This document shows positions 57,865 through 64,000 of a DNA stretch of 64,000 nucleotides, piece by piece (positions within the stretch are counted from its first letter, which is position 1; every line of letters starts with the position of its first letter). Source of the stretch: an uncultured bacterium (GTDB taxonomy: Bacteria; Desulfobacterota_D; UBA1144; Nemesobacterales; UBA2774); assembly GCA_963705505.1 (NCBI GenBank), contig CAVPJU010000003.1, positions 1 to 64,000 of the forward strand, read 5' to 3'. A program made the position numbers and the translations under genes. The notes below the pieces were generated by a model. That model saw only the letters and a program-made list of their open reading frames with translations, did not search any database and had not been told where the DNA came from.

Positions 57865-58479
57865 TCAATCAATCCCCGAACGGAGCCCCTCGAGGTCCCT
57901 GTGTATCTCCCTCGCCTCCGACCTGAACTCGTCGAGGCCCGAGAGCATCCGAGCGTCACAACCCGCCCGTTTCCTTTTGAAAATCGGGGAATGGATGAGA
58001 CAAACGCCGAGTCCGAGCCACGCTCCCCAAAAGACCCACGCAACGAAAACCGACCCGGAGTATATCAATATAAGTAAGCCTATATATTTGCCCGACAGTA
58101 TCACTAACGGGAAAATGATTACTCCCTTCAGCGTCGAAATAATAGCCGATAACAGACCGCCCGACCGCCCGCCTGAACCCGAGAGCCCGCCTCCGAGGCT
58201 CGCCCCGGCGAGTATCCCCGCAAGCAGGGGGAACATCGGCGAGATCAGCAGATATATGAACCCCGATATGAATCCCGTGAATGCCGCCCTCGTTAGCGAT
58301 ACCCCGCTCCCGCTGTAAATCGCGGACACGGCGGCGACGCCGGTCAGGAGCGCAGGATAGAAAAACATATGACCGAGAGGCAGGTTATTGAGCAGAGTGT
58401 ATCCCAGTAAGAATGTTATCACTCCCCATGCGCCTGAGAGGAGTACCGGGACTGTGAGTGATTTGAATCGGGCGTTCAT
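57865..58479 (-). CDS. Multi-pass membrane protein
   Basis: About 6 hydrophobic segments; last gene of the pspA-vWA operon; RBS AAGGAG. Confidence 0.7.
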   Translation of the reverse strand: MNARFKSLTVPVLLSGAWGVITFLLGYTLLNNLPLGHMFFYPALLTGVAAVSAIYSGSGVSLTRAAFTGFISGFIYLLISPMFPLLAGILAGASLGGGLSGSGGRSGGLLSAIISTLKGVIIFPLVILSGKYIGLLILIYSGSVFVAWVFWGAWLGLGVCLIHSPIFKRKRAGCDARMLSGLDEFRSEAREIHRDLEGLRSGID

Positions 58480-58537
58480 TTTTATCTCCTTTCAAACGGG
58501 GAGCGGTCATTCTCACCGCCCCCATGGATTCTCTTCT

Positions 58538-59950
58538 CTACTTCTGAGCTTCCCTCGCGTTTGCCTTCTGTTCTTTTATGAGCTTCTTTCCGTCGTCGGA
58601 TGCAGGAGCAGGCGCTGCGGGGGACGACATGTTCGTGAGCGCATCTCTAAGCTCCGCTTCCTGCTCCGCGGTCTTCGCGTTCCCGTAGGGGCTCCTGTTG
58701 AGGTTCGCGACGCTTTCGTAGGCCCTCTTTATTTTGGAAACAGCGCTCTCCCTGTCTCCCTCCTCGTACGCCGTGGTCGCCTGGTAGTATTCCCCTGAGG
58801 CGTCGACAGATACCCACCTCGCGGTAACGTCCTTGTTCTCGTTCTGAGCGACCTTGTCCTTATCTTCCGTCACCCGGTAAGAGAGCATCGTGTTAAGCCC
58901 CGAGGCTTTGTTCTCCCTGAGCAGGTCGGTGAATTCGAGGGACGCAGTGCCGAGGTCTTTCATTCCGGCCGCCTCTGCGGGGACCTTGAATTTCACGAGT
59001 ATGTCCCTCTCCTGACCGCCGAAGAAATCACCGAGCTTGATCTCGACCTTTCCGCCAGCCGTCTTCGTGTACGTGTAACCGTACACCTCATCGACTGCGA
59101 CGCCCGGAGCGAGAGCGAGCTTTATGACGGGGTCCTTCGCGACCGTGGCTGCGATCTGTCCGAACTCCTTTTGAAAAATGCCCGTAAGCTGCGTGGGTGA
59201 TTCTATGAAGTAGTAATTCCCCGCTCCGTACTCGGCGAGGTTCATCATGAGGTTCTCGTCGTAATCGACTCCGAGACCCATCGTCGTGATGTGTATGCCC
59301 TTCTCGGACGCCCGGCTCGCAACCCTGCCGAGCTCGCCCAGGTCCGTGATACCGACGTTCGCGAGCCCGTCGGAAAGGAGTATGACGCGGTTTACGTATC
59401 CCCCGCGCTCTATAGAATCCAGCTGCTCTATGCCCGCCGTGAGTCCGCCCGAGAGGTTGGTAGATTCAGTAGGATAGAGCGAATCGACGACCGTTATCGC
59501 TCCGTCCTTATTCTTTAAGAACTGTATCGGGTACAGGAGCTCGACCTCCGTCGAATATGCCACGACCGCGAGCCTGTCCTCTTTATTGAGCCCGGCGATT
59601 ATCTGCTTCGCCGCCTCCTTCGCGTACTCGATCTTCCCCTTATCACTCATCGAGCCGCTGCGGTCTATAACGAGGACGAGGTTAACGGGTGTCCTCTGCT
59701 GGAGTTGGCCCTCCTTGCCCTTTATCCTCATGTTGAGCATCAATTCCCGGTCCGAGCCTTTCTCGACGAACGGGTGGCTCAGCCTGAGGTCCCACGTGAC
59801 CGTATCGGTATTTGAAGTCGTCACCGTTTTCTTGTCCTCCTCGTTTGGTTTTGGTATAGTCGGGAAGGCCGAGATATATTTCCCTCCCGCGAGTATTGCA
59901 AATACGATCAGGAAAATCCCGATTATGAGCTTATTCTTATCCTTATTCAT
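58538..59950 (-). CDS. Membrane-anchored von Willebrand factor A domain protein (YfbK-like)
   Basis: MIDAS DRSGSM, TNL, LLSDGLAN, G.GNYYFI. Confidence 0.88.
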   Translation of the reverse strand: MNKDKNKLIIGIFLIVFAILAGGKYISAFPTIPKPNEEDKKTVTTSNTDTVTWDLRLSHPFVEKGSDRELMLNMRIKGKEGQLQQRTPVNLVLVIDRSGSMSDKGKIEYAKEAAKQIIAGLNKEDRLAVVAYSTEVELLYPIQFLKNKDGAITVVDSLYPTESTNLSGGLTAGIEQLDSIERGGYVNRVILLSDGLANVGITDLGELGRVASRASEKGIHITTMGLGVDYDENLMMNLAEYGAGNYYFIESPTQLTGIFQKEFGQIAATVAKDPVIKLALAPGVAVDEVYGYTYTKTAGGKVEIKLGDFFGGQERDILVKFKVPAEAAGMKDLGTASLEFTDLLRENKASGLNTMLSYRVTEDKDKVAQNENKDVTARWVSVDASGEYYQATTAYEEGDRESAVSKIKRAYESVANLNRSPYGNAKTAEQEAELRDALTNMSSPAAPAPASDDGKKLIKEQKANAREAQK

Positions 59951-60612
59951 TTCTTACCGCCTCCCTTGTTTATATTCTTTTTAAGCATCTCGACTTCTTC
60001 CGCGATGAGCTTCTCCTCCCTCTCCCACGCCTCTTTTTCCTTTTCCCGCGCCATGCTGAAGGACTCGCTCTCCTCTTCCACACGCTCCTCGATCTTCCTG
60101 AAAACGCTGAAAGGCTCATCCGTGAGGGATTCGGGGCATCCGGTGATGTCCTCTTTCCCGGCGGGCGCCCCCTTTGCGAGGCTTATTTCCCTGAGCAGGA
60201 GAGTCCGCTTCGTCTTCGCCGCCTGCACGCGGTTCTCAAGCCCGGCGTACCGCTCTTCATAGTCCCTCAGCTTCGACCTGTCTTTCGTGAGGTTTATGCC
60301 GAGCCTCCTCTCCTTCTCTTCGAGAATCCTCCTCTTCCTCACGGCTTCTCTCGCGTTCTCGTCCATCCCCTTGCCGACGTAATCCTCCGCCCTCTCCTGC
60401 CAGTATCCGATCTGCTCGCGGGTTCTCTTCGAGAGCTTCGCCTGCTCGTCTATCCTGAACCTGAGCGCGCCTATCTTGACCCTCGCTTTCTCGAGCCCCT
60501 CCTCCATCTCCTCCACGGCCTGGTTCAATATCTTCTCCGGGTCCTCCGCCCTCGACACCCAGTCGTTAAACTGAGACTTCACTATCACTCCGACTCTCTT
60601 CTTGAATCCCAT
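59947..60612 (-). CDS. pspA: PspA/IM30 family protein
   Basis: MG...R....VKS..N.....AEDPEK.L.Q...EM, long coiled coil, A.EA..K. Confidence 0.8.
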   Translation of the reverse strand: MGFKKRVGVIVKSQFNDWVSRAEDPEKILNQAVEEMEEGLEKARVKIGALRFRIDEQAKLSKRTREQIGYWQERAEDYVGKGMDENAREAVRKRRILEEKERRLGINLTKDRSKLRDYEERYAGLENRVQAAKTKRTLLLREISLAKGAPAGKEDITGCPESLTDEPFSVFRKIEERVEEESESFSMAREKEKEAWEREEKLIAEEVEMLKKNINKGGGKK

Positions 60613-60643
60613 GACTTCTCTCCTTACTGCGGATTTAAGGATT

Positions 60644-60671
60644 ATTACGAACGGGGGGGAGGAAAGTTTTA
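60644..60671 (-). promoter_or_regulatory. ECF (SigW-like) promoter upstream of pspA
   Basis: Minus strand TAAAAC-tttcctcccccccgtt (16 nt)-CGTAAT. Confidence 0.7.
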
Positions 60672-60722
60672 CACACCTAGTGTGTTTCTACGATTGCTGC
60701 GTTATTCCTCTGCTTCTTATTA

Positions 60723-60881
60723 ATTCCCTCCCCTTTGAAGGGGGAGGGTTCGGGTGGGGGTGTCATTGCGAGCGTAGCGAAATGGAGCGCGGCAATCTCA
60801 AAGAAACAGAGAGATCGCCACGGCCACTCACGTGGCCTCGCGAAGACAGAAACAATTTGTCATTTCGACCGGAGGGAGAAA
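60723..60881. repeat. Composite array of REP-like palindromes
   Basis: ccctcccc..ggggaggg..ggtgggg, then gtcattgcgag..gcaatctc..gagatcgccacg..ctcgcgaagac, then gtcatttcgaccggagggagaaat. Confidence 0.65.
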
Positions 60882-60935
60882 TGACAGGGAAGGCACTGTC
60901 AGTTAGTAAGGAGAGATTTAAGACCGCAAAGATTC

Positions 60936-61967
60936 TCAGTTCACCGGACCCGGCGTGGGGTTCGCACTCCCGAGCCTCTCGACCGACTTCTGCTTGAGCT
61001 CCATTATCCTGCTGTTGGCAAAGGAGGTCTCGGCGGGCGAGACCTGCTGGAGCTGATTGTAATTCATGAGGGCCTTATCGAGCTTCCCCTCCTTCTCGTA
61101 GCACTCGGCAAGCGAGCGGTAGGACTGCGCGCGCACGTATCGAGGCGGCTCGGGATCGGATTTCAACAAATCCTCGTTCGTCTTTATGGAGGACTCGCAG
61201 TCCCCCTCCGTCTGCTGCTTGAGAGCGAGGCTCAGTTGACCGCTATAGTCCTTCACATTCTCGACCGATGCCGCTTCTGATTGCGAGGATGCGGGCACCT
61301 CTTCAGGAGCGGATTTTTTCGCTGCGGTATCGAGGAGCGCCGATTCTTTATTGTCTGCGTCCCGCTCCCTGTCACCCGTCAGGCCCGCTTCATTCCCGGC
61401 GGCGGAGTACATTTCCTTAGACGGCGGAGGCGGCGCTGCAGGAGCCGGGCTTAGCTGGTTTTCATGAGCCTCCCTCTCGCGCAATGCGAGTGAAGACTCC
61501 GCTGATTCGGAATATCGGGTCGATTCCCTTTTCAATTCAGGGACAGCCTGCCCCCTCGTCTCCATGTGGCTTCCGGGCTCTTTCACCTTGCTCGCCATGA
61601 CGTCCCTCGAAATCGTATCCGTGTACGGTCTCTCACCGTGGCCGTAATAGAACCAGACCATGAGCGCGATAGTAGCGGAGAGTGCGGGTATGAGGATCGG
61701 CGAATAGGGCCACCTCTTCCAGAACGGGCGCCTGTCCCCGGCGACCTTTTCCCTCGCGGCTCTGGACAACCTGGCCATGACTTCGGGCGAAGGCTCGGGC
61801 AGAGCGGCATCCTCCGTCACGGCCCTCCTTATCTCGGCGTATTCCTCGTATTCCCTCATGCACGCTTCACAGCCCCGGAGGTGCTCCATTACGGCGTCCC
61901 TCTCTTCAGGGCTAAGCTCGCCGTGTATAAGCTCGACCAATATCTCGCTGCATCTATCGCAATTCAT
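60936..61967 (-). CDS. Zinc-binding anti-sigma factor (zf-HC2) with TM segment and C-terminal TPR
   Basis: MNC...GEL...EHLRGCEAC; TM; TPR-like LAECYEKEG..DKA...Y. Confidence 0.88.
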   Translation of the reverse strand: MNCDRCSEILVELIHGELSPEERDAVMEHLRGCEACMREYEEYAEIRRAVTEDAALPEPSPEVMARLSRAAREKVAGDRRPFWKRWPYSPILIPALSATIALMVWFYYGHGERPYTDTISRDVMASKVKEPGSHMETRGQAVPELKRESTRYSESAESSLALREREAHENQLSPAPAAPPPPSKEMYSAAGNEAGLTGDRERDADNKESALLDTAAKKSAPEEVPASSQSEAASVENVKDYSGQLSLALKQQTEGDCESSIKTNEDLLKSDPEPPRYVRAQSYRSLAECYEKEGKLDKALMNYNQLQQVSPAETSFANSRIMELKQKSVERLGSANPTPGPVN

Positions 61968-61976
61968 CTTTTCCCT

Positions 61977-62612
61977 TTACACCCCTCTCGCTTTCTGCCT
62001 GTCCTCAAAATATCCCGACTCCGCGAAGACCTGCCTCAGCCCCTTGTACGCGTATCTGAGACGGCTCTTTACGGTGCCGAGCGGCGATTCCGTGACCATC
62101 GCGATCTCCTCGAGCGATAGCCCCTCGACTTCTCTCAGTAAAAATACTTCCCTGAACTCCTCTTTCAACCCCTTGACCCCGATATCGATGAGGGCCTTCA
62201 CTTCGAGATCGAACGCCTTCTCTTCCTGGTCCCTCTCCTCGCTCCGCACTATCTCGAGGACGACCGCCCCGCCCTCCTCGCCGCCTGAGAGCGGCGCGTC
62301 TAACGAGCTGTGCCTCCTGTAGCTCTCGGTCCGGAGATAATCTATGCAGTGGTTCCGCGCTATGCTGTAAAGCCACGTCGAGAACTTCTGAGACGGGTCG
62401 TACCTTTTTCTCCGCTCTATCACCTTCAAAAATATCTCCTGGAGCAGGTCCTCCGCCTGGGTCTTCTGCACCCCGGTCATCTTCATAATGAACCTGAGCA
62501 CACCGGCTCCGTGCCGGCTGAGGAGAGTGTCGAAGCTCCCCTCGTCGCCCATCTGAAATTTCCGCATAGCCTCTTCGTCCGATAATCCGCTTCTCAGCTC
62601 TATTCCAAACAC
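61977..62612 (-). CDS. ECF RNA polymerase sigma factor
   Basis: AEDLLQEIF, FSTWLYSIARN.CID.LR, REVFLLRE.EGLS..EIA, GTVKSRL. Confidence 0.93.
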   Translation of the reverse strand: MFGIELRSGLSDEEAMRKFQMGDEGSFDTLLSRHGAGVLRFIMKMTGVQKTQAEDLLQEIFLKVIERRKRYDPSQKFSTWLYSIARNHCIDYLRTESYRRHSSLDAPLSGGEEGGAVVLEIVRSEERDQEEKAFDLEVKALIDIGVKGLKEEFREVFLLREVEGLSLEEIAMVTESPLGTVKSRLRYAYKGLRQVFAESGYFEDRQKARGV

Positions 62613-62650
62613 CTGGCGTCCGTCCGGGACCGCATGCTTTATAGGTTAAT

Positions 62651-62678
62651 TATACGATGGAAAAGGGAGAAAGTTTTA
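62651..62678 (-). promoter_or_regulatory. ECF (SigW-like) autoregulatory promoter
   Basis: Minus strand TAAAAC-tttctcccttttccat (16 nt)-CGTATA; same layout as 60644-60671. Confidence 0.7.
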
Positions 62679-62741
62679 AAGCCTGCCGTTAGATTCGAAT
62701 TACAACACAGGGAAGCTCGTAAAGGAATAGTGGAGTACCGA

Positions 62742-62773
62742 GAAAAAGAAAAGGGCAGCCGGACGGCTGCCCC
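62742..62773 (-). terminator. Intrinsic terminator after the IPTL-CTERM gene
   Basis: gggcagccg/cggctgccc stem followed by ttttcttttt on the minus strand. Confidence 0.75.
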
Positions 62774-62812
62774 TCTCGAATTGATGGTTTATCTAAGATG
62801 TGGAACTGCAGG

Positions 62813-63633
62813 CTAGGAATGTGATGCCCGGCGTCTGCGGAGCGCAATCAAAGCCAGGATTCCGAACGTCCCCGCAGTAAGTATCATCCCCCATTCGGAG
62901 AGCGTCGGCACATCAACCTGAAGCAGGCCGCCGTCTATGAACACATTGTCCAGCTGACAGAACGCGGGACCCGAAAAATTCTCGGGAACAATCCAGTCGA
63001 AGCTTATCCTGACTCTTTGACCGGCAAACCCGCTGACATCCACCGTGGCCGTTTGATTTCCCCCCGTATCGGGTAATGCAGTAGTCCCCGCTACCGCTGT
63101 AAGAATAAGGTCGGTTTGAAGCGGAGCGCCTCCGCGTGCCGGCTCTATATTTACTTCAAAAGTCCTGTTTAGAGTAGCTCCGAAATTGAGCAAGTCCCAG
63201 CCGCACTGGTATTCGAACGACAACGTGGTCGCTCCCGGCGCTAGTCCTACATCCTGAGCTAAGCTTATTGTTCCGGGTCCGTTCCCGTCGAAACCTGTCA
63301 ACGCCGCAAAAACTCCCTGCGGAGGGTCGCTTGTGAATAAACCGAAATCCGGGGATATCCCCGCTACGCCTACCTGGAGGGGGAAAAAGGGATCGGACAG
63401 ATCCTGCGTGACCCAGCCAGCTAAAAGTTGCCTCTTTCGAATCCGCAATTTATGACGGGGTTCGGTAAGGCCTCGCAATTAAATCCGTCGACTGCGTAAG
63501 CGCTTTCCGCGGGCCTGAAAAATATTAAAACAGAGAAGATCGAAAGAATTAAAACCGATTTAAGAACAGCGGAGCCAAAAACCGCAATCACGCGACTCTG
63601 CAATAAGCCGCTCACTTTAACTTTATCCATCAT
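62813..63633 (-). pseudogene. IPTL-CTERM sorting-domain exported protein, frameshifted near 63423
   Basis: Signal peptide and INCGFERGNF in one frame; AGWVTQD...VPTLSEWGMIL..G......LRRRR in another; break at a T4 run. Confidence 0.7.
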
Positions 63634-64000
63634 CCTTCCTCCCTGGGATTATATATATTCATGCATAATTCTATTTCTTTATCCATTTTACTATAAATTC
63701 ATATGCAATAGAAGGAGGAATATTCAAGCAACATGACGGGGCGGTATTATGTTGAATTCCAGCCGCCATACTCGGCGAAGAAGGACGAAGTGAAGATCAG
63801 GCTTTTCTTTAATGTGTGAGCCGAAGCGCATGTGACAAGTGACAGTCGTGCAGGGTATATAGTTCTGCGAAGGGAGGGTAAGTCGATATTATCTTGTTTT
63901 TCACACACAGCATCATCGAAGAATTGAATTAACTCAATAGTTTAATTATTCTATAACCGGAAATTCTACCAATGAATAATTTTTTTGATAAAGCAACATA

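Noticed and set aside
38260..60881. Repeated palindromes considered as a CRISPR array or IS ends
   Set aside because: Dispersed, with no regular repeat-spacer periodicity and no cas or transposase genes; REP-like instead
63640..64000. Right-end region examined for a gene
   Set aside because: AT-rich and apparently non-coding; nothing supportable

Overview
Bacterial chromosomal window with no rRNA, tRNA, CRISPR array or transposase detected. Gene content such as the IPTL-CTERM protein and REP families suggests a Desulfobacterota/'Dadabacteria'-like organism, but this is a weak inference. The first ~19.6 kb is a 21-gene cluster that is more AT-rich than the rest of the window. It combines three parts: (i) the core of the MSMEG_0565-0572/Sll0783-0787 ('Nit1C') system (DsrE-like protein, radical SAM, GNAT, AIR-synthase-like protein, glycosyltransferase), with no nitrilase in the window; (ii) an AllFGH-like carbamoyltransferase (FdrA, DUF1116, DUF2877), carbamate kinase and an extra 'mini-FdrA'; (iii) a tail of ferritin-like protein, methyltransferase and three PLP-fold proteins, one with His in place of the Schiff-base Lys. 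Two divergent sigma70 promoters with related palindromic operators control the cluster, which is the best candidate for an undescribed nitrogen/carbamoyl-handling system. The rest of the window contains a frameshifted porin-like pseudogene, mntR-mntH with an MntR box, a hybrid histidine kinase, a GH63 glucosidase, a candidate anti-Shine-Dalgarno sRNA, trhO, a 1415-aa malate synthase-isocitrate lyase (ICL2-type) fusion, pntAB, a rhodanese-sufE-sufU group, an NhaP antiporter, ndh, mgtC, tatA, an orphan nuoF, lhgO, two alpha/beta hydrolases, an ECF sigma/anti-sigma-pspA-vWA stress locus with two matching ECF promoters, a frameshifted IPTL-CTERM gene and several REP-like palindromes, some nested. 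All assignments come from motif reading by eye; no searches were run.
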